Shown one piece after another: positions 1-9,822 of a stretch of 64,000 bases of DNA. The stretch lies in the NCBI GenBank assembly GCA_028715115.1, contig JAQUSN010000002.1:210816-274815 (forward strand). Reading direction: 5' to 3'. This DNA is from Patescibacteria group bacterium. Its GTDB lineage: Bacteria; Patescibacteriota; Patescibacteriia; UBA2591; UBA4787. A program made the position numbers and the translations under genes. The notes under the pieces were generated by a model. The model did not search any database. It saw only the letters and a program-made list of their open reading frames with translations, and was not told the origin of the DNA. Position 1 is the first letter of the stretch; each line of letters opens with the position of its first letter.

Positions 1-1228
1 GAGCATTTAAGACGATGCTGTCAGAAATATTATGCAACTTGGCCACCCAAATCGGTAGGGACCCCAACATTAAAATTAAAATCGAAACCGTGGCCCAAGA
101 AATTGACCCTTCAAACTGACTAAAGAAAGGTAAAATCTTTTTTTGCCACGGCATTTTTTTGTTTTTACCAAAATTTTCTATCATCCATGGAACATTTTCT
201 ATCCCATATCCCCAACGTCTCATTTGTTTGTATTGGCTAACCATGGATTTCCAAAAACTTCCACTATAAACCGTATCCATCGAAACCGGCATGTACAAAG
301 GAACAACTTTATAATTACCATTATAATAATTTAAACACATCAAAGAAGTTCTTGAATCTTCGCTGACCATATCCTTGGGCCAAAAGCCAACATCAACCAG
401 CGCTTTAAACGGCATACTGTGAGATGCAAAAGTAAAATTGATATTTGGTTTTGCTAATTCAGTAAAAAGCCAAAAGGTCGTTCCGCGCGCTACCACCCTG
501 GTTAATGCCGGTGAATCCCAGATATTGTTATTATAAATAGCGATAGGCTGATAACTGGTGTGCGTCGGATCTGGATCGGTCAAATACCGATAAGTTAAAT
601 AACTAAAATATTCTTTGTGCACTGATGTGTCAACGTCAAAACAGGAAACGATAATATTCTCATATGGAATTCCAATTTCATCAATTATTTTTTTAACCTG
701 ATGACCGGCCCAATTAGTATTCGAACCCTTGCCCGGTATTTCATCGGGCAAGTCTTTTGGATGTGTAGTAATCAATAATTTAAAAAACTTATCGCCATAT
801 TTTTCGCCAATAGCCTTGGCTACCGGTTCGAAAATATGTTTTTTCCTTTCTTCGCCGGTTAAAACGACTATGAATTTTTCCTTAGGATAATTAGTCTTTA
901 AGAGTGATTCAAAGCCTTGTTTAACCACATCAAGACCTTCAACACTAGATGGCAGCATTATCAAATGATAAATCTTCTCCCAACCGGGCAATTCCAGGGT
1001 TAATTTATCAAACCAATTTATCTTAGTGGTTATTTTAAATCGATGCCAAGAAATTAATAAGAATATCAACAAATATATAATCCTTAAAACCCAATATAAA
1101 TCATAAATAATAATCCAATATATTGCCCAGATGGGCTTTACAAATGAAAGAATAATGGCTCCCAAGAAAATAAACCAAATAACAAAGCCGGGGATCATTT
1201 CGTAAAATCTATATCGAGCTGTTTTCAT
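1..1228 (-). CDS. GT2 family membrane glycosyltransferase. Partial: the 3' end runs off the window start. The start codon ATG at 1226-1228 overlaps the polX stop (ATGA).
   Basis: My own translation of the minus strand is an open frame from 1228 to 1. It has N-terminal TM helices, a DxD-like 'SCFDVDT' motif and a C-terminal TM region, as in cellulose-synthase-like GT2 enzymes. It is absent from the ORF track because no stop lies in the window. Confidence 0.5.
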   Translation of the reverse strand, partial: MKTARYRFYEMIPGFVIWFIFLGAIILSFVKPIWAIYWIIIYDLYWVLRIIYLLIFLLISWHRFKITTKINWFDKLTLELPGWEKIYHLIMLPSSVEGLDVVKQGFESLLKTNYPKEKFIVVLTGEERKKHIFEPVAKAIGEKYGDKFFKLLITTHPKDLPDEIPGKGSNTNWAGHQVKKIIDEIGIPYENIIVSCFDVDTSVHKEYFSYLTYRYLTDPDPTHTSYQPIAIYNNNIWDSPALTRVVARGTTFWLFTELAKPNINFTFASHSMPFKALVDVGFWPKDMVSEDSRTSLMCLNYYNGNYKVVPLYMPVSMDTVYSGSFWKSMVSQYKQMRRWGYGIENVPWMIENFGKNKKMPWQKKILPFFSQFEGSISWATVSILILMLGSLPIWVAKLHNISDSIVLNA

Positions 1229-2934
1229 TTTAGGGATTTTAATAAATTATTTAATGACATTGAATTAACGACGTCTTTTTTCTCTATCCAGCCGCGGCGC
1301 GCTATGGCTACGCCAAATTTTATGTTTTGTAATTCAGATATATAATGCGAATCAGTAGAGATGGCAAATTTAACGCCAAAGCTTTTGGCCGTGCGAGCGT
1401 TTACATCGTTTAAATCTAACCTATTCCACTGTGAATTAATTTCTAAAATAGTTTTATTTTTTTTCGCTTCACGATAAATTTCTTCCAAATCTACATTAAT
1501 CGGTTCGCGCCGATTAATTAACCTCGTGGTAGGATGAGCAATAATATCGACGTTAACGTTTCTGACAGCATTAACAATTCTCTTCGTCATTTCCGCCCTT
1601 GGTTGTTTAAAATAACTGTGCACCGAAGCCACAACTACGTCTAGCATAGACAAAACCTTATCAGGCAAACTCAATGATCCATCTTTGTGAATGTCAATTT
1701 CAATTCCCGATAAAATTTTAAAATCTTTGAGAGACTTATTCGCTTTTTTTATTTCTTTCAATTGCTTTATCACTCTGTCTGCCGTTAAACCGTGCGTAAT
1801 GCCTATGGTCGCATCATGATCGGTGATGGCAATATATTTATAACCAAATTTTTTGGCCGCTTGCGCCATCTCTAAAATAGTTTGCGCTCCCTCTGACCAA
1901 ATTGAATGAACATGTAAATCTCCTTTAATATCTTTTTGAGTTATTAATTTTGGCAAAGCGCTTTTTCTGGCCGCTTCGATTTCACCGGTATTTTCCCTTA
2001 TTTCCGGAGGAATCCAGGGTAAATCAATGGCCTTAAAAACATCCATTTCTTCGCGACCGCCAATTTTTCGCCCCCCGCGTTTATAAATTCCATATTCGTT
2101 AATTTTTAAGCCCTTACTAATACCAATTTTTCTAGTAGCAATATTATGAGCTTTTGAACCGGTAAAATAATATAATGCCGCGCCGAACGAATCTGGCTCG
2201 ACCACCCTAAGGTCTGCTTCCAATCCTCTCTTTAAAAAAACATTGGCCTTGGTTGGTCCGGAAGAGAGAATGTTTTTGACTTCCGGCAATTGGCAAAAGA
2301 AGTTGATGGCCTGCTGTGGCCTTTTGCTGGTAGCCAAAAAATCTAAATCGCCCACCGTTTCTTTGCTGCGCCGAAAACTGCCGGCGATTTCTGCCCTATC
2401 GATAATGTAATTTTTTTTAAGTTCATGAAGTATTTTTTGAACTAAATCATCAACTTGGCCTAAGGGTAATCGCTGGGAAAATTTTTCATACAGACCCAAG
2501 CCCTCTTTTATATTATTGACTGTTTTCTCGCCCCAGCCCCTTTGGCTTTCCAATTTATGACTATTTAATAACTTTTTAAGGTCAGATATAGATTTAACTT
2601 TGAATTTTTTATAAATGAATTTTACTTTTTTGGGGCCAAGTCCGTTTATTCGCAACAGCTCAACTAAACCGCGCGGCAGGCTGTTTATAATTCTATCCAG
2701 TTCCACTGAATGGCCTTTTGTAATTAAATCTTTAATATGTTGAGCGATTTTTTCGCCGATCCCGGGAATTTCTTTTAATTTATCGTCTTGATAAATATCT
2801 TTGATGTCTTGTGGTAAAGATTCGATAGATAAAGCAGCTTGCCGATAAGCATTAGCTCTAAAAGGATTAGCGTTTTTTAATTCTAAAACGTCGGCAATTT
2901 CATTAAAAATTTTTGCTATTTCAATATTGTCCAT
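1225..2934 (-). CDS. polX: DNA polymerase X family protein (Pol beta-like nucleotidyltransferase with a C-terminal PHP phosphoesterase domain).
   Basis: N-terminal HhH/Pol-beta-like region (GIGEKIA, GSFRRSKETVGDLD) and C-terminal PHP motifs (HVHS...DH...SHY). Confidence 0.85.
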   Translation of the reverse strand: MDNIEIAKIFNEIADVLELKNANPFRANAYRQAALSIESLPQDIKDIYQDDKLKEIPGIGEKIAQHIKDLITKGHSVELDRIINSLPRGLVELLRINGLGPKKVKFIYKKFKVKSISDLKKLLNSHKLESQRGWGEKTVNNIKEGLGLYEKFSQRLPLGQVDDLVQKILHELKKNYIIDRAEIAGSFRRSKETVGDLDFLATSKRPQQAINFFCQLPEVKNILSSGPTKANVFLKRGLEADLRVVEPDSFGAALYYFTGSKAHNIATRKIGISKGLKINEYGIYKRGGRKIGGREEMDVFKAIDLPWIPPEIRENTGEIEAARKSALPKLITQKDIKGDLHVHSIWSEGAQTILEMAQAAKKFGYKYIAITDHDATIGITHGLTADRVIKQLKEIKKANKSLKDFKILSGIEIDIHKDGSLSLPDKVLSMLDVVVASVHSYFKQPRAEMTKRIVNAVRNVNVDIIAHPTTRLINRREPINVDLEEIYREAKKNKTILEINSQWNRLDLNDVNARTAKSFGVKFAISTDSHYISELQNIKFGVAIARRGWIEKKDVVNSMSLNNLLKSLK

Positions 2935-2947
2935 AGTAATACGTTCT

Positions 2948-2976
2948 ATTATACATAGAAACTACTTATATAACAA
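2948..2976 (-). promoter_or_regulatory. Putative sigma70 promoter for the polX-GT2 operon (TTGTTA, 17 nt spacer, extended -10 TGTATAAT).
   Basis: Read on the minus strand upstream of the polX start. Confidence 0.35.
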
Positions 2977-3030
2977 GTTTGTTTTAATTATAATTCATCA
3001 TTATTAAGCATTTCTTGAAGATGCGAGAGG

Positions 3031-3060
3031 TTGACAAAAATTAATAAAATGATAATATAT
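3031..3060 (+). promoter_or_regulatory. Consensus-like promoter of the 'TTGACAAAA..AAAATGATAATAT' family (cassette a).
   Basis: TTGACA at 3031-3036 and an AT-rich -10 about 17 nt downstream. The same architecture recurs at about ten other sites. Confidence 0.45.
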
Positions 3061-3080
3061 ATTTATCTGGAGGTTGAAGA

Positions 3081-3194
3081 ATGAACAGAAAGATGAGTCC
3101 CTTGGAGTTTCTCGCGGAGATTCTTGACACCATCAGAAACGTGATCGTTTTGGCTATAACAGCAGCTGGACTACTCTTCAATGTGGGCTGTTAG
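3081..3194 (+). CDS. Small hydrophobic peptide of 37 aa (MNRKMSPLEFLAEILDTIRNVIVLAITAAGLLFNVGC). GC-richer than its flanks.
   Basis: GGAGG ribosome-binding site at 3069-3073 with 7 nt spacing to the ATG. One predicted TM helix. A strong terminator follows. Confidence 0.45.
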   Translation: MNRKMSPLEFLAEILDTIRNVIVLAITAAGLLFNVGC

Positions 3195-3205
3195 TCCAGG
3201 CCAAA

Positions 3206-3238
3206 GGGCGGGTGTTCTCAACCCGCCCTGTTGTTTTA
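3206..3238 (+). terminator. Rho-independent terminator (GGGCGGGTGTTCTCAACCCGCCC + TGTTGTTTT).
   Basis: Perfect 8 bp GC stem followed by a T tract. Confidence 0.6.
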
Positions 3239-3243
3239 TCTAA

Positions 3244-3272
3244 ATATAAAAAGGCCTCTTCGTATGGCCTCT
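3244..3272 (-). terminator. Terminator downstream of ppdK (AGGCC..GGCCT stem followed by TTTTT on the minus strand).
   Basis: Hairpin followed by a T tract directly after the ppdK stop. Confidence 0.45.
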
Positions 3273-3287
3273 TTATATAGAAACAAC

Positions 3288-5948
3288 TTACTTAGATGTA
3301 TGCTCTATTTTTAATTTTCTTTTAACCACCGCCTGCGCCGCGGCAATTCTGGCAATCGGTACGCGATATGGAGAACAGCTGACATAATTCATACCTGCTT
3401 CATAACAAAACCCTATGCTAGCTGAATCGCCCCCATGCTCGCCACAAATTCCAATTTTTAAACCTTTCTTTACGCTTCGTCCCTTATTAATGCCAATTTT
3501 TACCAATTGCCCTATTCCCTCCTGATCTAAAGATTGAAACGGATCGGCTGCAATAATTTTTTTATTTAAATAAACCTTTATAAACTTACCTGAATCGTCG
3601 CGTGAAAAACCCATCCCCATTTGCGTTAAATCATTAGTACCAAAAGAGAAAAAATCCGCTTCTTGGGCAATTTGATCGGCTGTTACCGCGGCTCGCGGGA
3701 CTTCAATCATGGTGCCAACCAAATATTCAATCTTAGTTTTATATTGCTTCATAACTTCGGCGGCGATTTTTTTAACCACGTCTTTTTGATTTTTAAGCTC
3801 GTTAACATTACCGACCAATGGAATCATTATTTCCGGAACAACCTTAATATTTTCTTTTTTTAATTCACAGGCTGCAGAAATAATAGCCCGAACTTGCATC
3901 TCGGTAATTTCCGGGTAGGTGATGCCGAGCCGGCAGCCGCGATGACCAAGCATCGGATTAAATTCGTGAAGCTCTTGCGCCTTTGCCCAAATCTTTTCTT
4001 CGGAAATTTTTATTTTTTCCGATAACTCTTTGGCTTCTTTTTGATCCTTTGGCAAAAATTCATGAAGCGGCGGATCAAGGGTGCGAACCGTCACCGGATA
4101 ACCTCTCATCTCTTTGAATAATTCCTTGAAATCTTCTTTTTGAAATGGCAATAATTTATTTAAAGCCGCTCGTCTGGTTTCTTCGGTATCGGCAATAATC
4201 ATCTCCTGTATGTACGGCAGTCTATCTTTGTCAAAAAACATATGTTCGGTTCGGCAGAGCCCAATGCCTTCAGCGCCAAATATTCGCGCCATTTTAGCAT
4301 CGCGCGGCATATCGGCATTGGCTCGTACCTTTAATTGCTTAATTTCATCAACCCATTTCATTAATTGACCAAATTCTCCGCTTAAAGTTGGTTGCACAGT
4401 AGCCACTTTTCCCAAAATAATTTGACCGGTATTGCCATCAAGCGTCAGCCAATCACCTTCATTAACGATATTTTTACCTAAATGAAATTTTTTATTTTTT
4501 TCATCGACTTTCAGTTCTTCACAACCCACCACGCAACAACGGCCCATGCCCCTGGCCACTACGGCCGCATGACTGGTCATACCGCCTCTGGCGGTTAACA
4601 CTCCTTGCGCCACTTCCATACCGTGAATATCATCGGGGCAAGTTTCGGTACGCACCAAAATTACCGGTTTATCTACGCCTAAGGCTGTTGCCTCTTCGGA
4701 ACTAAACACAACATGACCGACTGCCGCCCCTGGTGAAGCCGGCAAACCTCGTCCAATAGCTTGCGATTTAATTTTTGGATCTAAGATTGGATGTAATAAT
4801 TGATTAATTTGCTCCGGCTCAACGCGTAAAATAGCCACCTCTTTGGAAATCATTTTTTCTTTTACCATATCAACGGCATTTTTTATGGCCGCTCGCGCTG
4901 TTCTTTTACCAGTACGAGTTTGTAGAATATACAGTTTATTTTTTTCTACCGTAAATTCAAAGTCCTGCACGTCTTTATAATGTTTTTCTAAACGCTTAGT
5001 AATTGTTTTTAGTTGCCTATATACCAGCGGCATATCTTTGGCTAAACTGGCGATTGGCTGTGGCGTTCTAACTCCCGCCACCACATCTTCGCCCTGGGCA
5101 TTAATTAAATATTCTCCATAAAATTGATTTTCGCCCGTAGCCGGATTTCTTGTAAAACCGACGCCGGTTGCGCAATCGTTGCCCATATTTCCAAAAACCA
5201 TAACCTGAATATTAACGGCCGTTCCTAAATCATCGGATATTTTATTTAAACGGCGATAAGTCTGCGCCCGAGGATTGTTCCAACTTTTAAATACGGCATC
5301 GCGCGCCATTTTTAATTGCTGATACGCATCGACCGGTAAATCATGTTTAGTAATTTCTCTGATTAATTTTTTATACTGACTGATTATCTCTTTTAAATCA
5401 TCTTCCCTTAAATCAAAGTCGTATTTAATATTCCTTTTTTCTTTTATTTCTGTAAGGATTTCTTCGAATTGTTCTTTGGCTATTCCCAAAACCACATTAC
5501 CGAACATTTGAATAAACCGGCGATAAGTATCATAAACAAATCGAGGATTTTTCGTGGTTTTGATTAGATTTACCACATTCTCATCATTCAAACCCAAATT
5601 CAAAATCGTATCCATCATGCCGGGCATAGAAAATCTAGCGCCACTGCGGACTGAAACCAATAACGGGTTTTTACTATCGCCTAATTTTTTATTAACGCTT
5701 TTTTCTATTTTTTTAAGCGCAGATTTTATTTGTTTGTCCAGTTCAGATGGTAATTTATTATTATGATCATAAAAATAATTACAAACCTCGGTAGTAATCG
5801 TAAAACCAGGCGGCACCGGTACTCCAGCCTTGGCCATATCAGCTAACCCCGCGCCCTTGCCTCCCAACGTGTCTTTCATTGTTATATTACCTTCAGTTTC
5901 ACGATCGCCAAAATAATAAACCAATTTCTGCGTTCTTTTTTTTGCCAT
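3288..5948 (-). CDS. ppdK: Pyruvate, phosphate dikinase.
   Basis: 886 aa. N-terminal ATP-grasp region, central phosphohistidine domain (GGMTSHAAVVARGMG) and C-terminal PEP-utilizing TIM barrel. Confidence 0.9.
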   Translation of the reverse strand: MAKKRTQKLVYYFGDRETEGNITMKDTLGGKGAGLADMAKAGVPVPPGFTITTEVCNYFYDHNNKLPSELDKQIKSALKKIEKSVNKKLGDSKNPLLVSVRSGARFSMPGMMDTILNLGLNDENVVNLIKTTKNPRFVYDTYRRFIQMFGNVVLGIAKEQFEEILTEIKEKRNIKYDFDLREDDLKEIISQYKKLIREITKHDLPVDAYQQLKMARDAVFKSWNNPRAQTYRRLNKISDDLGTAVNIQVMVFGNMGNDCATGVGFTRNPATGENQFYGEYLINAQGEDVVAGVRTPQPIASLAKDMPLVYRQLKTITKRLEKHYKDVQDFEFTVEKNKLYILQTRTGKRTARAAIKNAVDMVKEKMISKEVAILRVEPEQINQLLHPILDPKIKSQAIGRGLPASPGAAVGHVVFSSEEATALGVDKPVILVRTETCPDDIHGMEVAQGVLTARGGMTSHAAVVARGMGRCCVVGCEELKVDEKNKKFHLGKNIVNEGDWLTLDGNTGQIILGKVATVQPTLSGEFGQLMKWVDEIKQLKVRANADMPRDAKMARIFGAEGIGLCRTEHMFFDKDRLPYIQEMIIADTEETRRAALNKLLPFQKEDFKELFKEMRGYPVTVRTLDPPLHEFLPKDQKEAKELSEKIKISEEKIWAKAQELHEFNPMLGHRGCRLGITYPEITEMQVRAIISAACELKKENIKVVPEIMIPLVGNVNELKNQKDVVKKIAAEVMKQYKTKIEYLVGTMIEVPRAAVTADQIAQEADFFSFGTNDLTQMGMGFSRDDSGKFIKVYLNKKIIAADPFQSLDQEGIGQLVKIGINKGRSVKKGLKIGICGEHGGDSASIGFCYEAGMNYVSCSPYRVPIARIAAAQAVVKRKLKIEHTSK

Positions 5949-5963
5949 TTTATAATATATTAC

Positions 5964-6182
5964 TTAATTAATTTCTATAATTTTACTTTTAGTTTTATGA
6001 CCGATTGCAATAGATATCCTTGATGCTGGAATTTTAAAATATTCGCTTAATAATTTTATAACCGCTTGATTGGCTTTGCCTTGTTTAGCCGGCGCATTGG
6101 TAAAAACCACATATTCGCATTCGCCTATTTTCATAACTTCATTTTTTTTCACGCCGGGCTTAACTTTTACCAGTATTTTCAT
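5964..6182 (-). CDS. DUF167/YggU family small protein.
   Basis: 72 aa with the typical YggU-like beta-rich sequence. Sits immediately upstream of ppdK on the same strand. Confidence 0.6.
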   Translation of the reverse strand: MKILVKVKPGVKKNEVMKIGECEYVVFTNAPAKQGKANQAVIKLLSEYFKIPASRISIAIGHKTKSKIIEIN

Positions 6183-6204
6183 AATCCTAATAAAATAAAA
6201 ATAT

Positions 6205-6232
6205 ATTTTAGTATATATTCCATACTTGTCAA
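6205..6232 (-). promoter_or_regulatory. Putative promoter of the yggU-ppdK operon (TTGACA, 16 nt spacer, TAAAAT).
   Basis: Read on the minus strand about 25 nt upstream of the yggU start. Confidence 0.35.
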
Positions 6233-6259
6233 TATAATTTTAGAAACGCGCCTCCATTC

Positions 6260-6550
6260 TTAGTGGCGTTTGCTTCGCGGCCGAAATTGTGGATGATGTT
6301 TGTGCCTCCTTTCATGATGACCATTACCATTGTCGCCAGCAATCGTGACCCACCAGATTTTACACTCAGCGCAGCTTCGTGTAATTACAACCTGGTGATT
6401 AACACGAACTACCGATTGACACTCGACTCCCGTGTTGAAGCAACGCGGGCAAAGCTTACTGTCTCTTCTGCCGGCATTGGCATATCCCTTATTCGGGAGT
6501 CCTGTATGCGTACACACCACTTCTGCAATATCTATGTAGAGTGTAGCCAT
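6260..6550 (-). CDS. GC-rich Cys-rich small protein of 96 aa with a possible zinc ribbon (CPRC...CAEC) and a His/Arg-rich tail. Coding strand is ambiguous: an overlapping ORF exists at 6263..6628 on the plus strand.
   Basis: On the minus strand, a TTGACA-N17-TATAAA promoter-like sequence lies directly upstream of the ATG. There are two CxxC pairs. The local GC is clearly above backbone. Confidence 0.3.
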   Translation of the reverse strand: MATLYIDIAEVVCTHTGLPNKGYANAGRRDSKLCPRCFNTGVECQSVVRVNHQVVITRSCAECKIWWVTIAGDNGNGHHERRHKHHPQFRPRSKRH

Positions 6551-6628
6551 AGTTATTTTATATTATATAAAATAAAAAATGTCAACAAATACTTGTTAAC
6601 ATTTAAGGTTAAAATAAATATATATTAA

Positions 6629-7105
6629 TCAGTGATATTTATTTGAAATCTTATCAATCAATCGCGTCGTGGAATAGGTTGATTTTTTAATCTCCGAAAA
6701 TTTTAAAAGCTTCCAAGGACCACGGCCATATTCTTTCGGGCTTTTAGCTTCATCGACGGTCATGGCCACATAATCCGGTTTTAAAAATCTTAATAGCGCC
6801 ACTGATTCGGCTTTTGAATTTGATTTATCGGCAAAAGTATAATCAACGCCCTTTATACTATCAATCACTAATGTTCTGTCTTTTTGATTATTAATTGGCC
6901 TGCTTGATCCTTTTTTAAACTTGGTAAGCTTATCAGATTGCGTTAAAATAATTATTACCTCGGCTCTCTTTCTCAACATCTTAATTAAATATAGATAACC
7001 CGGATGCACGATATCAAAGACGCCCTTCTTTATCAAAACCTTTTGGCCGCGAGATTGGTAACGACTAATAATCTTTTTTAATTTTGATTTATTATTGATA
7101 ATCAT
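6629..7105 (-). CDS. Cytidylyltransferase-like nucleotidyltransferase (RfaE domain II / heptose-1-phosphate adenylyltransferase-like).
   Basis: GVFDIVHPGY motif (the (H/T)xGH family) within a 158 aa Rossmann-like protein. Confidence 0.6.
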   Translation of the reverse strand: MIINNKSKLKKIISRYQSRGQKVLIKKGVFDIVHPGYLYLIKMLRKRAEVIIILTQSDKLTKFKKGSSRPINNQKDRTLVIDSIKGVDYTFADKSNSKAESVALLRFLKPDYVAMTVDEAKSPKEYGRGPWKLLKFSEIKKSTYSTTRLIDKISNKYH

Positions 7106-7160
7106 TTATTTAGTATAGCATTCTTTGACAAATTTGTAAAAAGCGCTAAAGTATAAATCT

Positions 7161-7778
7161 ATGATCGCTACTCTTATAACTTTTTTAGCCAATATCATTA
7201 TCCAGGTCATTAGCTCAATCGGTTATGCCGGCATATATTTATTAATGCTGCTCGAAAGCTGCGGATTTTTAATTCCTTCCGAAATAATTATGCCCTTCTC
7301 GGGGTTTTTAGTGGCGACGGGGAAATTAAATTTTTGGTTAGTTATTTTTTTGGGAACATTGGGCAATCTTTCCGGTTCGCTTCTCGCCTACTGGATTAGT
7401 ATTAAGGGTGGACGGCCCTTAGTTGAAAAATTTGGTAAATATATATTAATTTCAAAACACGACCTAGATGTAGCTGACAATTGGTTTAAAAAACGCGGCA
7501 AATTAACCGTCTTTATAGGCCGCTGCCTGCCGATTGTTAGAACATACATCTCTTTTCCTGCCGGAGTGGCAAAAATGAATGTTTTTCAGTTTTCGTTCTA
7601 TACCTTTATCGGCGCAGCTTTATGGTCAATTTTATTTACTTGGTTAGGCGTTAAATTGCAAAATAATTGGGAATTAATTAACGTAAAGCTACATGAGTTT
7701 AATCTGATTATTGCGATTTTGGTAGTGCTTTTTATCGCCCTTTATATTTGGCGGCACATCAAACATAATAAATCTTAA
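7161..7778 (+). CDS. DedA family membrane protein.
   Basis: SNARE-associated/DedA signature (ISFPAGVAKMN..) and multiple TM helices. Confidence 0.8.
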   Translation: MIATLITFLANIIIQVISSIGYAGIYLLMLLESCGFLIPSEIIMPFSGFLVATGKLNFWLVIFLGTLGNLSGSLLAYWISIKGGRPLVEKFGKYILISKHDLDVADNWFKKRGKLTVFIGRCLPIVRTYISFPAGVAKMNVFQFSFYTFIGAALWSILFTWLGVKLQNNWELINVKLHEFNLIIAILVVLFIALYIWRHIKHNKS

Positions 7779-7787
7779 TAATAAAAA

Positions 7788-7824
7788 AATATGGACTGAA
7801 ATTAGTCCATATTTTTATTTTACC
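7788..7824. terminator. Bidirectional terminator between convergent dedA and uppP (ATATGGACT..AGTCCATAT + TTTTTATTTT).
   Basis: 9 bp perfect stem flanked by an A tract and a T tract. Confidence 0.6.
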
Positions 7825-7833
7825 TTAAATTTT

Positions 7834-8610
7834 TTATAGATTCAAAATAAAGATCGCGAAGATTGTGGCGATTAAAATGCGATATATTCCGAAAGCTATA
7901 AAATTATTTTTTTGAATAAAACTTAATAAAAACTTTATACTGACAACGGCCACGACAAACGAAACAATAAAGCCTATTAATAAATACCAGATTTGATCGA
8001 CCAAAAACGCATTCGCGCTTTTATACAGATCCAGGCCTGTCGCAGCCAGCATGGTCGGCACAGCCAATAAAAACGAAAATTCGACAATGGTTTTTCGTTT
8101 TAATCCCATGCCTAGGCCGCCGATAATTGTCGCGGCAGAACGGGAAACGCCGGGGATAATAGCGATTGATTGGCAAATACCCAAGGCTATCGCCTGCTTA
8201 TTAGAAATTTTTTCAATATCTTCAGTCGCTCCTTGTTTTTCGCGATACAAAAATTCGAAAATGATAATAAATATACCACCAATAAAGAGCGCTAAAACAA
8301 CTACCAAATTATTGCCTAATAAAAATTGCTTAACGATCTTATAAAAAATTAAGCCGATAATCGCCGTGGGAATAAAAGCGATAATGATTTTTTTGAGTAC
8401 CTGCCAGTTTAATAAAAATTTCTTCCAATACAGCACGACTACGGCCAAAATTGCTCCCAATTGAATGATAATTTCAAAGCTTTTAATGAAATCTGGCTGG
8501 CTAATTTTTAAGATATATGAAGCTAAAATCAAATGACCGGTTGATGAAATCGGCAAAAATTCAGTTAGACCTTCAATAAGACCCAAAATGATTGAATGAA
8601 ATAAATTCAT
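7834..8610 (-). CDS. uppP: Undecaprenyl-diphosphatase.
   Basis: BacA/UppP motifs (GLTEFLPISSTGHL, PGVSRSA). Confidence 0.85.
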   Translation of the reverse strand: MNLFHSIILGLIEGLTEFLPISSTGHLILASYILKISQPDFIKSFEIIIQLGAILAVVVLYWKKFLLNWQVLKKIIIAFIPTAIIGLIFYKIVKQFLLGNNLVVVLALFIGGIFIIIFEFLYREKQGATEDIEKISNKQAIALGICQSIAIIPGVSRSAATIIGGLGMGLKRKTIVEFSFLLAVPTMLAATGLDLYKSANAFLVDQIWYLLIGFIVSFVVAVVSIKFLLSFIQKNNFIAFGIYRILIATIFAIFILNL

Positions 8611-8639
8611 ATATAATTAGGTTATCGAGATTATTAAAA

Positions 8640-8683
8640 TTGTCAACTAATATTGACATAAGCGCATAAAATAATATAATTAA
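8640..8683 (+). promoter_or_regulatory. Promoter of the TTGACA family driving cassette c.
   Basis: TTGTCA/TTGACA at 8640-8659, followed by a TATAAT-like element around 8675-8680. Confidence 0.4.
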
Positions 8684-8684
8684 T

Positions 8685-8954
8685 ATGCCGTATCATTCAC
8701 CGCAAGCAAGAAAAGGAGCAATGATGTCTGTAACGGCCAAGGCGACCGTTTTTAAGCGCAGAGATACGTCGGTTATGACCGGCTGGCCAACTCGCGTCGT
8801 GAGACTTAAGGAGGACGAAACGCCACACGACCAGTCCCTGCACTTGGCGCATATCTGCGAATGCGACGCAGATGACCAGGCCAGAAAAGACGTTCTCTCC
8901 TTCTGGCTGCCCGAAAAATCCCTAAGAGAACACTACGAACCCGTGGAGGTGTAA
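8685..8954 (+). CDS. GC-rich small soluble protein. The start is more likely the ATG at 8724, which is preceded by AAGGAG.
   Basis: The ORF is bracketed by a consensus promoter and a strong terminator. No recognisable family. Confidence 0.45.
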   Translation: MPYHSPQARKGAMMSVTAKATVFKRRDTSVMTGWPTRVVRLKEDETPHDQSLHLAHICECDADDQARKDVLSFWLPEKSLREHYEPVEV

Positions 8955-8969
8955 ATGCGACCCAGCAAC

Positions 8970-9010
8970 AAGGGCCCTGACCGATAAGTCAGGGCCCCTT
9001 ATTTTTATTC
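8970..9010 (+). terminator. Strong rho-independent terminator (AGGGCCCTGAC..GTCAGGGCCCCT + ATTTTTATT).
   Basis: About 11 bp GC-rich stem followed by a T tract. Confidence 0.65.
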
Positions 9011-9025
9011 TCTTATAAATTAAGT

Positions 9026-9652
9026 CTACTTAGTAAATAATTTTACCAACCAGCCAAATAAGCTAAATTTATTTTCTTGAGTTTTAACAAAATTATTAAG
9101 TTGCGTTTGTTCTTGCTCTAAAGTATTAATCTGCTCCTGAATGGTTGTTTTAGTAGCGGTTGAATTAGTACTGTCTATTAGTCTATTTAGTTGATCTAAC
9201 CTATTTCTAGTCTGAACAATATCACTCCTTAAGGCGCCAAGATTTTTATAATCACTACCGATTAAAAATGTTTTTATTTTATTCCTATCTTGAATTTTCT
9301 TAATAGTCGCAGCAGTAGAAGTGACTGAATCGCTTTGCTGCTGTGCGATAATCCTAACCTGCTGACCAATTCCCCCGTTTCTATCGGCGGTTTGTAAAAG
9401 ATTTTGGACAAAATTTGCCACTGCGCTTCTGTGGGCTTCGGCCGTAATTTGCCCATTGTTTACCACAGGCACAGTCGGAGTGGCTGAGGTTGTCGGGATG
9501 GCGCTTCCTGAATTATTAAAAGTCTTTGGATTAATTTTACCCGCGTTATTATTCTGATTTTGCGATACGGCAAAACTTATATTAGATACCGAGAAGAAAA
9601 CAAAAAACGCCGCTAAAATTAATAGAATCGGTAGTTTTCTTACTTTATTCAT
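9026..9652 (-). CDS. Secreted coiled-coil protein (signal peptide). Paralog of 25108..25740.
   Basis: N-terminal signal/TM segment and a C-terminal region about 60% identical to the 25108..25740 product (ANFVQ.LL..ADR..GIG.QVR.IAQ.Q......KIQ.R..IKTFL.GSDYKNLGALRS..V.TRNRL.QLNRL...KFSLFGWL.KLF). Confidence 0.6.
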   Translation of the reverse strand: MNKVRKLPILLILAAFFVFFSVSNISFAVSQNQNNNAGKINPKTFNNSGSAIPTTSATPTVPVVNNGQITAEAHRSAVANFVQNLLQTADRNGGIGQQVRIIAQQQSDSVTSTAATIKKIQDRNKIKTFLIGSDYKNLGALRSDIVQTRNRLDQLNRLIDSTNSTATKTTIQEQINTLEQEQTQLNNFVKTQENKFSLFGWLVKLFTK

Positions 9653-9822
9653 ATGATTTTTATTACAAATTAACTATATATATTATATAATAAAAATAAA
9701 TACAATGTAAGATATCAAAAGTGGATAAAATTTCATTGATTTTTAAATAATTTATCCCTCCCAGGCAGGGGGATGCTTTCTTACATTCCCGCCTTCATTT
9801 TTAATTGCTATGTTGACAAAAG

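Noticed and set aside
3663-5766. Short plus-strand ORFs (3663..3863, 5554..5766) inside ppdK.
   Set aside because: They are antisense to a confidently identified long gene and have no signals.
6263-6628. Plus-strand 121 aa ORF overlapping the Cys-rich ORF.
   Set aside because: It extends into AT-rich low-complexity sequence and has no upstream ribosome-binding site or promoter. The minus-strand ORF has a TTGACA-N17-TATAAA promoter and CxxC pairs. Strand assignment remains uncertain.
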